Positions 8,452 through 18,089 of a DNA stretch of 64,000 bases are shown here, in pieces. This stretch comes from an uncultured Chlorobiaceae bacterium (GTDB lineage: Bacteria > Bacteroidota > Chlorobiia > Chlorobiales > Chlorobiaceae). The stretch's first letter is position 1. Each line of letters begins with the position of its first letter. The notes beneath the pieces were generated by a model, which worked only from the letters and a program-made list of their open reading frames with translations, did not search any database and had not been told where the DNA came from. The stretch spans positions 58,935 to 122,934 of the forward strand of contig CAJAJL010000059.1 of assembly GCA_903940125.1 (NCBI GenBank), read 5' to 3'. A program made the position numbers and the translations under genes.

Positions 8452-9726
8452 ATGTTCGCCCTTGTCGACTGCAATAACTTCTACGCCTCCTGCGAGCGTG
8501 CTTTCAAGCCCGCTCTGCGCCTGCGCCCTGTCGTCGTGCTTTCAAACAATGACGGCTGCATCATCGCCCGCTCTGAAGAAGCCAAGACGCTCGGCATCCA
8601 GATGGGCACACCAGAGTTCAAATGCCGCTTGCTGCTAAAACAGCATGATGTTGCAGTCTTCTCCTCGAACTATGCCCTTTACGGCGATATGTCCTCACGG
8701 GTAATGGCAACGCTGGCCGCTCTTGCTCCTGAAATCGAAGTCTATTCCATCGATGAAGCGTTTCTGGATATGTCGAGCTTCAGCCGCTTCGACCTGCCAG
8801 ATTATGCCAGGCAAATGCGCCGCACGGTCCGCCTGCATACCGGCATTCCGGTCTGCGTCGGCATCGCGCCAACCAAAACGCTTGCCAAGATTGCCAACCG
8901 ACTGGCAAAAAAGAATCCGCACTATCAGGGCGTCTGCGTGCTCGCAACCGCTGAGGAGATCCAGGCCGCACTTCTGCACACCAAGGTCGAGGATATCTGG
9001 GGCATCGGGCGGCAGTGGAGCAAGCTGCTGCAGGCAAAGCGCATAGAGAGCGCCGCTGACTTGGCGGCAGCGCCTGCGGCATGGGTGCGCAAGCACCTGC
9101 ACGTTGTTGGCGCCAGGATACAAGCAGAGCTGCAGGGCAAATCATGCCTGCCGATGGAGCTGGTGCGGCCCGCAAAGCAAAGCATCTGCACATCGCGTTC
9201 TTTTGGTCGCAACGTCAGCACGCTGGCCGAGCTGCAGCAGGCAGTGGCAACATTCGCCAGCAAATGCGCTGTAAAGCTGCGCAAAGAGGATTCGCTTGCT
9301 TCCCTGCTGACGGTCTTCATTGCGACCAGCCCGTTCGATGAATCAAGCGACCGCTATTGGGGAACGCGCACGGCAGCCCTGCCGCATCCGACGCAGGATT
9401 CCATAGCAATCCTGAAGGCAGCAGAGACTATTCTTGACGGTATATTTCGTGATGGAAATGTCTATAAAAAGGCTGGCGTTATGGTGAGCGGCATTGTGCC
9501 AAGAGCATCATGCAGCACAACGCTTTCGCTCTTTGCGGAAGAAGCGCCAGCGGCAAATGCGCGCGATGCAAAGCTCATGCAGGCCATGGATGCCATCAAC
9601 CAGCGGTATGGCAGCGGCACGGTGCGGCTGGCAGCGGAGAATGCCGAAAGCTGGAAGCCGCATCAGGAGCGGCTATCGCCACGTTATAGCACGCGGTTGG
9701 ATGAGATTATTGAGGTGCGGGTGTGA
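8452..9726 (+). CDS. umuC: Y-family DNA polymerase V subunit UmuC
   Basis: MFALVDCNNFYASCE, SNNDGC, FSSNYALYGDMSSR, YSIDEAFL, C-terminal LSPRYST. Confidence 0.95.
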   Translation: MFALVDCNNFYASCERAFKPALRLRPVVVLSNNDGCIIARSEEAKTLGIQMGTPEFKCRLLLKQHDVAVFSSNYALYGDMSSRVMATLAALAPEIEVYSIDEAFLDMSSFSRFDLPDYARQMRRTVRLHTGIPVCVGIAPTKTLAKIANRLAKKNPHYQGVCVLATAEEIQAALLHTKVEDIWGIGRQWSKLLQAKRIESAADLAAAPAAWVRKHLHVVGARIQAELQGKSCLPMELVRPAKQSICTSRSFGRNVSTLAELQQAVATFASKCAVKLRKEDSLASLLTVFIATSPFDESSDRYWGTRTAALPHPTQDSIAILKAAETILDGIFRDGNVYKKAGVMVSGIVPRASCSTTLSLFAEEAPAANARDAKLMQAMDAINQRYGSGTVRLAAENAESWKPHQERLSPRYSTRLDEIIEVRV

Positions 9727-9804
9727 AGTGTATCCCGTAACCATTGATTATCTTGAATACACATGCCACCTGGCAGGTCAACTCACCATACACTTGAAAC
9801 TTCG

Positions 9805-10125
9805 TTATGGGAAGTCAAATTTTGCTCCCAGCGAATCAATATAAGTTCGGCAGGACGGATACGTCCAATAACAGAAAAGAGCATCAATACTCAACATTGT
9901 CAAACCCATGCTCGCTACAACATCGAAAAATGCAGGCCAGTCGTCGTGGTGGTAGCCATACCGTGAGCCATTGGGGTAAAACACTCCACAACGATATCCG
10001 AAGCCCATTTTGTTTCGTTTGGATAGTTCGTCGTTGTATAGTCCATGCCAGAGATGCCAATGGAGAATGAATGAAAACTCCTTTGAACGAGCGATAAGGT
10101 TTGGATCAGGCATTGAAGGTGGCAT
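9805..10125 (-). CDS. Hypothetical protein
   Basis: 106-aa ORF with a plausible RBS (aaggaga) upstream; no motif recognised. Confidence 0.35.
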   Translation of the reverse strand: MPPSMPDPNLIARSKEFSFILHWHLWHGLYNDELSKRNKMGFGYRCGVFYPNGSRYGYHHDDWPAFFDVVASMGLTMLSIDALFCYWTYPSCRTYIDSLGAKFDFP

Positions 10126-10596
10126 TATGGTCTCCTTTATCTGATTTGTTACTCGTTATATACCACTTGTCACTTCATGAAACGGATTTTAAAACCATAA
10201 GAAATTAATATGTCAATTGAAATTTAGAGAGCTGTTGAAAGAAATACAAATTTTCACCTAAGCTATAAAACAGATTATTCAATGTGTGGTCAATTCGTTT
10301 TCTTTGAACTCAAGTATTTCATTGAGTAGCTCCACCAGTACGAGCTGCCTTTCGTCGAGGAGCAGGTGAGATAGACTTTTCAGCATTCCACAACATTGCG
10401 CCCGTGATTAACGTCAACTTTAAAAGCCTCTCCCTCAGCTCACAAGAGCCAGATTTCTCAGATAGCTCTTCATTGACACATGGCGGCCAAGCCCCAGCTT
10501 ATGGTGCATCCTGAAGCGTATGCTTTCCATCCCCCATAAAATTGTAAGACAATTCTTCAAGTTGGATTTACGACCTCGACTTAACGCGGGCAATGG

Positions 10597-13338
10597 TTAA
10601 TGTCGTTTAATAGGGATGGTATAAGTGCACACATAATCGCCACTGCGTTTGTAGTTGGTGCAACCCCAGAATTTACCGTATGGCCCGCTACGCTCCACCA
10701 TCGCACCACCACAATTTAGGCAGATTGGTATTGATGCACCACAAACCGGGTTGACACAGGTACGAAATCGTCCATTACTCTTCATGAGACCTCCGCATTG
10801 CGGACAGGGCTTTTCCATATGCTTACAGTATGGAAAGCAACTACAGCCCACGAACGCGCCATATTGGCCAGATTTTGGTAAAAGGGCACCACGACCACAG
10901 TCAGGGCATACGACGTGAGGAATATCCGCACACATAAGTCCCTCTGCGATCTCGTCTTTACAAACAGGATAAGCCGAGTCAACATCAAGCAACTCTTGTA
11001 CGAAGGATGAAGCTTCCGTTGGGTTGTACACCAAGTAGACGCGGTGGCGTGCACGAGTAAGTGCAACATAGAAGAGCCGACGCTCCTCAGCCAGCGGATA
11101 AGATTCTTGTTTAGGAAGAAGCCATTCTAAAATTGGATCTGTCGGCTTTTCACTTGGAAAGCCATTTTTGCCTTGCCCAAGGCCGAGAATCACAACAAAG
11201 TCGGCCTCTTTGCCTTTAGCAGAGTGCACTGTCATAAATTCAATGGTCAGAGGAGGGTATTGCGACTTCAATCGACGTTTAGCTACGGGTTGAAGCCACT
11301 CTTTAATGGTGAAGTTGTACCTTCCCAGTACCAGGACAATAGACCCTTCTCTCGAGTTGTTACATCTTCTACTGACGATTGCATCGAGAGCCATGCGGAG
11401 ACCGTTTTCATCCCGAACAGCACGGATCATTGACAATGCAGGTTGATCAACATAAACCTTTGACTTAATAGTCTTAGTAATCTGCGCAGGATTTTTCAAG
11501 ACAAATTCGGACGAAACTTTGCCAATCATGTTGTTGAACCTGAAAGTCTGTTCGAGGGATGTGGTTGCGGTTGCACCGAAGTAGCTTGAAAAGTCTCGAG
11601 TGTAAGCAATGTCGCTGCCAGTGAACCTGTAGATCGACTGCCAATCATCACCAACAGCAAATAGCCCCGATTCTATGCCTTGCTGACCCAAAGCTTTGAG
11701 CAATCGCGCCCTTGATTTATTAATGTCCTGAAACTCGTCTACCAGTATCTGTATGTAAGGTGATTGAAAAGCTCCTGCCTCGACATAGTCGGACGCCTTT
11801 CGAATCATGTCAGCGAAATCGATTTGACCCGAGACTGAAAGTTCAGTCTGATAAGCATCAAGAATTGGTGTGAAAAGAGATAATAATAAACAGAGACGTG
11901 ATGAATCTATATCGGATTGTGCCTTTTTGTTTAGTTCAGACAACGAATAATCGGACTCTTTGAAGAGTTTTAAGAAATCAGATAGCAGAATTGCAAACTC
12001 ATTGACTTGTGATGAGGCGCGAAGCTCATCCAGCATCTCCAGGCTGGAACGAGGGATCAACTCAACACCATTAGCTTTTAAAGCTTCTGCAAGGCGGGAT
12101 TCTAACAACCCCTCTCGTTTCAGAAACGAATATGTTTCGATGAGATTAGTCCCGTGAAGTTTGTGGAGATCCCGCTTCCAGTCGATACCACTCAGGTATT
12201 TATTTTGGTCAAAATGCGAAGGAGGGTTACCCGACTTATCCAATGCAAAATGCTCAATGTAGACATCATAATCAGGCAAATAAAAGTCCGGCTTGTACTG
12301 CCTATAGTCAGGTCCTGCAGTGTCGACTTTGTAGGCATGCTCATATATGTAGGCTACGCTATTGGCGTTGAGGAAGTTAGCAATGACAATCTCTTCGAAG
12401 CTTTTGACAACTTCGTTCTTTAACGTTCTCAGTTCATTAATACTCACATATTCATTGTATTCCCTAATTGAACTGAAATCGAAGGGGTTCCTGTAAGTGA
12501 ATTTTTCACTACCACAGTAGCGAATAATCAGCTCTCGGTAGTCGCGGTCATTGCAGCACTTCTTCAGCTGCTCATCAATGAACTTTAAAAATACCTGATT
12601 GTCATTAACCATGGGATGGATATCAGGACGACGTCCCTCAACAGCCCCGATTATTTCGAGGCCAAGCGCATGGAACGTTTTGACAGTGGGTGAGCCCTTC
12701 ACCTCCAAGCTTTTGAGACGTGAGTCTTGACGTTCCTGCATCTCTTTGGCCGCTTTTTGCGCGTATGCTAGCATAAGCAACTCATGAGGCTTGGCTCTAT
12801 TTGATGCGACGAGATAGCCGGCTCGACCAATCATAGTACTTGTTTTTCCTGTGCCGGCTCCAGCAAGTACTAAGTTACAATCTTCATCAACCACGCACGA
12901 ACGACGCTGGGAGTTGGTTAAAGGCTGGCTCTCAATAGAGTCGAAGAATGACCCATATTCAACTAGCTCTGATAAAACAAAAGCATCATTGGCAGCTGCA
13001 ACCAACTCCTCAGACCTTGCCATGAATGTAACAAGGGCCTGCACCTTTTTAAGTTGCTCTTGAGATGCTGAATAACGCCAACCAAATATTTTTGTGGATT
13101 TAACGACATCTTTTGCGGATATCAAAAGACGAAGGCGCTGTGAGTTCCGAGCATATGACTTGCGTGACAGTAAGTCCTCTAACGCAGCCGAGACATCATC
13201 AAGGTGCTTAGCAATTGGAGCAATACGAGGGGATAAGCGCTTATTTGCAGAGTACCAAAGGAACACGGCACACGCGAGCAATATGAAAATGATGGGTATA
13301 AGCAACCCCGAGGATAGACCCAGGTTCAGTATATTCAC
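10597..13338 (-). CDS. helD: DNA helicase IV (HelD)/UvrD-family SF1 helicase with N-terminal hydrophobic helix and C-terminal topoisomerase-type Zn ribbons
   Basis: Walker A (AGAGTGKT), DEFQD, GDDWQSIYRF, TVHSAKGKE, EERRLFYVALTRAR, KPDFYL insert; CPDCG...GCS and CLNCG...GCTNY ribbons. Confidence 0.88.
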   Translation of the reverse strand: MNILNLGLSSGLLIPIIFILLACAVFLWYSANKRLSPRIAPIAKHLDDVSAALEDLLSRKSYARNSQRLRLLISAKDVVKSTKIFGWRYSASQEQLKKVQALVTFMARSEELVAAANDAFVLSELVEYGSFFDSIESQPLTNSQRRSCVVDEDCNLVLAGAGTGKTSTMIGRAGYLVASNRAKPHELLMLAYAQKAAKEMQERQDSRLKSLEVKGSPTVKTFHALGLEIIGAVEGRRPDIHPMVNDNQVFLKFIDEQLKKCCNDRDYRELIIRYCGSEKFTYRNPFDFSSIREYNEYVSINELRTLKNEVVKSFEEIVIANFLNANSVAYIYEHAYKVDTAGPDYRQYKPDFYLPDYDVYIEHFALDKSGNPPSHFDQNKYLSGIDWKRDLHKLHGTNLIETYSFLKREGLLESRLAEALKANGVELIPRSSLEMLDELRASSQVNEFAILLSDFLKLFKESDYSLSELNKKAQSDIDSSRLCLLLSLFTPILDAYQTELSVSGQIDFADMIRKASDYVEAGAFQSPYIQILVDEFQDINKSRARLLKALGQQGIESGLFAVGDDWQSIYRFTGSDIAYTRDFSSYFGATATTSLEQTFRFNNMIGKVSSEFVLKNPAQITKTIKSKVYVDQPALSMIRAVRDENGLRMALDAIVSRRCNNSREGSIVLVLGRYNFTIKEWLQPVAKRRLKSQYPPLTIEFMTVHSAKGKEADFVVILGLGQGKNGFPSEKPTDPILEWLLPKQESYPLAEERRLFYVALTRARHRVYLVYNPTEASSFVQELLDVDSAYPVCKDEIAEGLMCADIPHVVCPDCGRGALLPKSGQYGAFVGCSCFPYCKHMEKPCPQCGGLMKSNGRFRTCVNPVCGASIPICLNCGGAMVERSGPYGKFWGCTNYKRSGDYVCTYTIPIKRH

Positions 13339-13807
13339 GAATTTCGTTTTACAGTTAACTTATATTGGAAGTTAGAGTAATCTGCCGAAAAACGGTGTAC
13401 TTGATCTCTATCCAGTTTCAACGAAAGTCAATAACCCAAAGAACAGTCAGCACGACTGCATTGATCCTAATGACAAAAGCAATGAGAGCGGAGAGCTATT
13501 TAGGAATAATCCTCAATAAACCAGAATCGAATGGCTTGTAACAAAGTAAAAAGTACTATGATTTTTCTTCGATAAAAGGATTATGAGTGTGTCCTTGCCC
13601 ATGTTTACCAATGCAAAGTATGTAAAGGTTTCTTCTGCTTAGAATCTTGGTTACCCTTCATAACTCGTTGTGATGGTGGTAAATATATTAATGGCAATTA
13701 ACAAGCGGAACGCGGAGTGATCAAATAATAATAGGATGAGATATATTTTCCGCTTGCTAATCATTCCGAGAAATTGAACCACATGCAAACGCATTGTCAG
13801 ATAAAGT

Positions 13808-14113
13808 TCATCCCCATTTTTTGCCAAGCGCTTCCAAACCTGCTTTTTGCAAATCCTCAGGGTTCATGAGAATGCGGAACGAACAATTGGCCTGAAAGTT
13901 CAGATAAAAGGGTTCTGCAAAGGCAGGTATATCCGATGGAGATTGTACGTTAACGATGAAAATTCCTGCTCGTTTCCCCTCCTGCTCTGTAAAGTAGGCT
14001 GTTTCGGGTTTGCTCTCTTCCAAAATACGCCCTATAATATCACCCACCTTGCCACTTCTTACGAGAGAGTTGAAAGGTTCTGATGGGAATTCGACGGTTA
14101 GTAACATTTTCAT
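13808..14113 (-). CDS. Conserved small hypothetical protein (DUF3303-like)
   Basis: 101-aa ORF with a good RBS (ggagg); the KPETAYF...AEPFYL...M.PEDL pattern is typical of this family. Confidence 0.6.
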   Translation of the reverse strand: MKMLLTVEFPSEPFNSLVRSGKVGDIIGRILEESKPETAYFTEQEGKRAGIFIVNVQSPSDIPAFAEPFYLNFQANCSFRILMNPEDLQKAGLEALGKKWG

Positions 14114-14396
14114 GTGAAAACCTCCGTTAAACTGTGATGAGAATGACTTATTTTTAATGCTTTAGCTATCGCAGTTATAAACGGTAATACTTCTATAAAA
14201 ATTCTGCCCATCTCTATCTAAATAAAAACAATCAACACATCCTTGAGTCGGTAAATTGGAAAGAGTGGCTCGGTGTCGGCATGAAGGTTGCTACTCTTTT
14301 CCATTATTATAAACAGCCAGTGTTCTCTCCTCCGGCACCTGTACAATCATTCAGACAGTCAGTTATTGCGGTAAGGGAGTGCGCCGGCTGCAGCGC

Positions 14397-14705
14397 TTAT
14401 TTGCCGTCAGCCTTCAGGCTCTCAGTCACCGCACTTTTGAACTCTTTCGATATCTTGAATACCGGCACCTCTTTTTCATCAACCATCACTTTTTCTCCCG
14501 TTCTCGGATTGCGTGCCTGGCGCAGGTTCTTGTGCCGGATATTGAAAGAGCCGAATCCTCTGATCTCAATGCGTTTCCTTGTTTTCAGCGAATCAATGAT
14601 GCTGTCAAAGAGGCTGTTAACCGCTGATTCACTTTCATTGAGGGTCAAGCCGGTTTTCTGGGCAACGGTACCAATCAGATCAGCTTTTGTTGTTGTCGTT
14701 TTCAT
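14397..14705 (-). CDS. HU/IHF-family nucleoid-associated protein
   Basis: TKADLI...IEIRGFGSF...ARNPRTGE...PVFKISK. Start reassigned to ATG at 14705. Confidence 0.92.
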   Translation of the reverse strand: MKTTTTKADLIGTVAQKTGLTLNESESAVNSLFDSIIDSLKTRKRIEIRGFGSFNIRHKNLRQARNPRTGEKVMVDEKEVPVFKISKEFKSAVTESLKADGK

Positions 14706-14748
14706 GGTGGGTATGTGGTTTGTCGTTATGTGTGAGGGCAGTCTTCTG

Positions 14749-15252
14749 TCAAGCAAGAGAGAGCGCCGTCAGGTAGCTTTTCATAGAATCATGCCTGGCA
14801 AGTCCAAGCTTGCTATGGATCCTGTATCGTAGACTTTCCAGCCCTCTTCGTGTTATACCGGTAGATCGGGCAATTTCTATGTTGTCATAGTTCAATTTGA
14901 TAAACAGACATATTTTTATCTCACGAGCGTTCAGATTGGGGTGTTTTTTTTCAAGCTTGCCTATGAAAGCGGCATCGTTTTCTGTCAGCACAGTGTCAAA
15001 GCGCTTTGAAGCAGCATCATTGTCAATCAGATGCATGCATGTGTCGGTCATCGCCCTTTTTTTTCCAGTGTCAATGTCGAGGGCATAAATCGTGTCAAGC
15101 AGGTTACGCAATGCCGTTGTTTTATTAAGACTGTTTACACCCGCCACTCTTGCAAGTTCATGTTCTTTTGCGGCGATTTGCTCATTAAGTTCAGCTATCT
15201 CTTTTTCCAATTCAAGTGTTGTAGGTTTGGTAGGTGTTGCGCCTGTTTTCAT
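14749..15252 (-). CDS. LuxR/NarL-type C-terminal HTH transcriptional regulator
   Basis: PNLNAREIKICLFIKLNYDNIEIARSTGITRRGLESLRYRIHSKLGL. Confidence 0.75.
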   Translation of the reverse strand: MKTGATPTKPTTLELEKEIAELNEQIAAKEHELARVAGVNSLNKTTALRNLLDTIYALDIDTGKKRAMTDTCMHLIDNDAASKRFDTVLTENDAAFIGKLEKKHPNLNAREIKICLFIKLNYDNIEIARSTGITRRGLESLRYRIHSKLGLARHDSMKSYLTALSLA

Positions 15253-15536
15253 GCTGTACCTCGTTTATCGTTACTTGATAATCGTGTTGAAGCAATCAGA
15301 TACTTCAAGTAAAAATAACGAAATGTATGTTGATATCATAAGTATATTTTATTCCTCATTGATCAGATGCGGCTGGGCAGTTCACGGCAATTCCGCATTG
15401 CTTGCGCTGGCCACGGGAAATAAATTGCAGCTGCGAACGATTTATTGAAAGGAAAGCAGAAGAGCTACGTAGTAACTTATAGGAAGAAGGATAATCCTGA
15501 TTCCAACGAATTATCAAACTCAAACTTACCGCACAA

Positions 15537-15818
15537 ATGAAAAAGAATTTTATCGCTGGCGTTATCGTATCACTTGCTATCTCCGGAATCTTTGGTGGCG
15601 TTTCTTTCGCAGCTGACAAAGCAGCAGCAAAAGACGCAAAGGCTCCTGCAGCAGTAACCGCACCTGCAGCTCCTGCAGCCGACGCAAAAGCTGAAGCAAA
15701 GCCAGAAGCAAAAGCAGAGAAGAAAGTTGCAAAGAAAGCCAAGAAAGCTAAAAAGGCAAAGAAAGTTTCAAAGAAAGCAGCTAAGAAAGTTGAAGCAGCA
15801 GCACCTGAAGCTAAGTAA
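15537..15818 (+). CDS. Small exported Lys/Ala-rich protein
   Basis: Signal peptide (MKKNFIAGVIVSLAISGIFGGVSFA) followed by AK/AP repeats and KKAKK repeats; terminator downstream. Confidence 0.75.
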   Translation: MKKNFIAGVIVSLAISGIFGGVSFAADKAAAKDAKAPAAVTAPAAPAADAKAEAKPEAKAEKKVAKKAKKAKKAKKVSKKAAKKVEAAAPEAK

Positions 15819-15910
15819 GCTTTCCGCTGCAGCCATGAGAGTTGTACTGATGGCTATTGATGCATAAGATGAGGAGTAGATGATATAAAAGCTGTCGGTA
15901 TTATTACCAG

Positions 15911-15940
15911 GAAAGCCCCTTCGCAAGTTGGGGCTTTTTC
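15911..15940. terminator. Rho-independent terminator
   Basis: aaagcccc-ttcgcaagtt-ggggcttt followed by T residues. Confidence 0.75.
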
Positions 15941-16003
15941 TGTTAAAGGATGATCTCCATACAGGTATTTATTGGATTAATAAATTGTTATATCGTGAGT
16001 TAT

Positions 16004-16327
16004 ATGAATAATTCTTTTATATGGCTGATTTTCATCCTTTCCGCATTATTGGAAGTTGGTGGTGATGCCCTCATAAGGAAAGGATTGCGGGGTTGGGGTA
16101 TTGGAGTGATTGCTATCGGGTTTATTATTCTTGGTTGTTATGGCCTTGTTGTCAATATGGTTAAGTGGGATTTTTCTAAGTTGTTAGGGGCCTACGTAGC
16201 CTGTTTTGCAGTTATAAGTGTCCTGTTTGGTCAAATTGTTTTCAAAGAGGCAATTTCAACATCAACGTGGGCTGGCATAGTGATCATCATAATCGGCGGG
16301 TTAGTCATCCAATTCGGAACGAAATGA
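16004..16327 (+). CDS. Small four-helix membrane protein (SMR/YnfA-like, DMT superfamily)
   Basis: 107 aa from ATG at 16004, four hydrophobic segments, LEVGGD and GAYVACF motifs. Confidence 0.65.
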   Translation: MNNSFIWLIFILSALLEVGGDALIRKGLRGWGIGVIAIGFIILGCYGLVVNMVKWDFSKLLGAYVACFAVISVLFGQIVFKEAISTSTWAGIVIIIIGGLVIQFGTK

Positions 16328-16399
16328 AAATAGTGTTAGGCTCTATCTCAGTCGCTTTGTTCCAGTGTTGAAATAACGCGCCATCAATTCCATCTCACG

Positions 16400-16663
16400 T
16401 CAGCTTGCAAACGGATTAGAAACACTGTCTGCCGGTTTGATGCTGATTTTGTCCGGTAGGTCTCCTTCTTTCATACTGGAAATAATATCGTTGAACAACG
16501 TCTGCAGGGTTTCAGCATGAGCAAGGCCTTCCTTGTCTCGGGTAATATCAATGCTTCCGTAGATGGAAATGCGATCCAGCCGGTTTTCTACGGTCAGTTC
16601 TCCTATGCTAAGCGAGTCCGTTTCGTTGGCAAACGGGACGACATTTGCTGCTTTCTTTTTCAT
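16400..16663 (-). CDS. Hypothetical protein
   Basis: 87-aa ORF co-oriented downstream of the nuclease gene. Confidence 0.55.
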   Translation of the reverse strand: MKKKAANVVPFANETDSLSIGELTVENRLDRISIYGSIDITRDKEGLAHAETLQTLFNDIISSMKEGDLPDKISIKPADSVSNPFAS

Positions 16664-16706
16664 CGTGCCTCTTTTGAATTAATATACTCGATTATTCCGC
16701 CATACC

Positions 16707-17516
16707 TCAGTAATTCGATCTGGAACGATAAGGTTTTGGCTTGGGCAGGTCGAGTTTCAGTTGTTTGGCTGAAGCTGGCAGTTTCGGAAAAAAGTTAATG
16801 CCAGCCAATTTCTCCAATTCGTTGATGCTCAGTGTCTGCAGTTCTTCAGCGTCTTCATTTTTAACATAGTATGCAGCACCCCTGTTCTGTTTAGGATCAA
16901 ATACCAGTTTGTAAACATGTGTTGGAACCAAAACCCTGCCATTCAGTCGAGTGATATTGTTTCCCAGGTAGAGCGGTCCAGTAATGACATAGAGTTCGCC
17001 GGTATTGAGAGCAAGCGTTCTTATTGCAGACTCAATGCCTTCCCATACAATGGTGTTTAGTTTGTGGTTCTGGGGTATCATGTTGGCCAGGCTGAAGCAT
17101 TGCTGCCGTGCGCTTCTGTTTGGCATATCGGCGCTTGGTGCCATGTGCCCGCGATCGAAACCAGATCGGGCATAATCGCTCAATTCTGCTCTTTCATTGT
17201 AAGGGAGTTCACTTTCTGGATGAAAGGCTGCTCGTCCTTTCAATTCCTTTGCATCCAGGATACTTTCACGAGTAAGATGTTCAGCAGACCAGAGAGGAGT
17301 ACGAGATATCCCGGAGTGCATCACAGCGAAGTTATCATAACATAATTCACGGGCGCTTTTTGCAAGCGAGGCTTTTTGAATATCCGGAGCAACCCCGTTT
17401 AGGTACTGCGAAGGGCACGCCGTTGTTGCCGCAGATACAGTCTGAGCGGTTGATGCTATGAGCAACATGAGGAGGGCAACTATCCAGGAACCCCTCTGTT
17501 GTACGTATTTTTTCAT
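16707..17516 (-). CDS. Secreted DNA/RNA non-specific endonuclease (NucA/Serratia family)
   Basis: Signal peptide, GFDRGHMAP active site, FSLANMIPQ, WEGIE, VPTHVYK. Start reassigned to ATG at 17516. Confidence 0.9.
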   Translation of the reverse strand: MKKYVQQRGSWIVALLMLLIASTAQTVSAATTACPSQYLNGVAPDIQKASLAKSARELCYDNFAVMHSGISRTPLWSAEHLTRESILDAKELKGRAAFHPESELPYNERAELSDYARSGFDRGHMAPSADMPNRSARQQCFSLANMIPQNHKLNTIVWEGIESAIRTLALNTGELYVITGPLYLGNNITRLNGRVLVPTHVYKLVFDPKQNRGAAYYVKNEDAEELQTLSINELEKLAGINFFPKLPASAKQLKLDLPKPKPYRSRSNY

Positions 17517-17659
17517 GTCAGATTCTTTTGTTATGGTTTTTTTCAGTGACATCAAAAATACAAAAAACGTATCACATAGGGAGAGGTTCGTGGTGGTAAT
17601 CGCAAATTTCGGCAATAAATAAGCCTACAACCAGTTGTTTTCAGTGCTTTCACTCCTGC

Positions 17660-17790
17660 TTCATACAGCTAAAAAGGCAGCTCAGCAGCTTTGTACGCCA
17701 TGCTTTTGCTGTTGCATTGCCTGTAGGTTTACAGCGGGATTTTGCTCTTTGCAGCAGTGATTTCAGCGACTTCAGCAGCTGTAGCCCCGT
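17660..17790. repeat. Outlying copy of the GCAGC-rich repeat modules also present at 19760-19880
   Basis: Shares tacagct.aa.aggcagctcagcagctttg, gccatgcttttgctgttgc and gctctttgc.gcag with 19760-19880. Confidence 0.7.
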
Positions 17791-18089
17791 CTTGCGGCGA
17801 GAAGTAGACGTCCGTTGTGCCAATTAACTGGAGGCGCTCTGCATGGGCAGTAAGCGGCTTGTGCAGGTGGAGAAATGCAAATATAACGATGAAGTGCTTT
17901 TTCGTGAGGAATATTTAGAATGAAGTATGCGTTATAAAGTATTATTTTATAATTTAATCTCTTAGGTTGAATTCCCCATCGCTTTCGGGGAAATTATGCT
18001 AAACTTATAGCAACAACAGATACCCCGCTTCTTGGGGTGAGGTGGTTTCGTTTATTTTTTCATAACTTCAGTTTCACACTATTAAGGAG

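Noticed and set aside
10320-10500. Possible small or decayed gene fragment between the 106-aa ORF and helD
   Set aside because: Short open stretches in different frames; no family could be recognised with confidence.
10580-13380. Integron attC-like GTTRRRY motifs around helD and other single genes
   Set aside because: No matching RYYYAAC/GTTRRRY pairs with the required imperfect palindrome, and no integron integrase.
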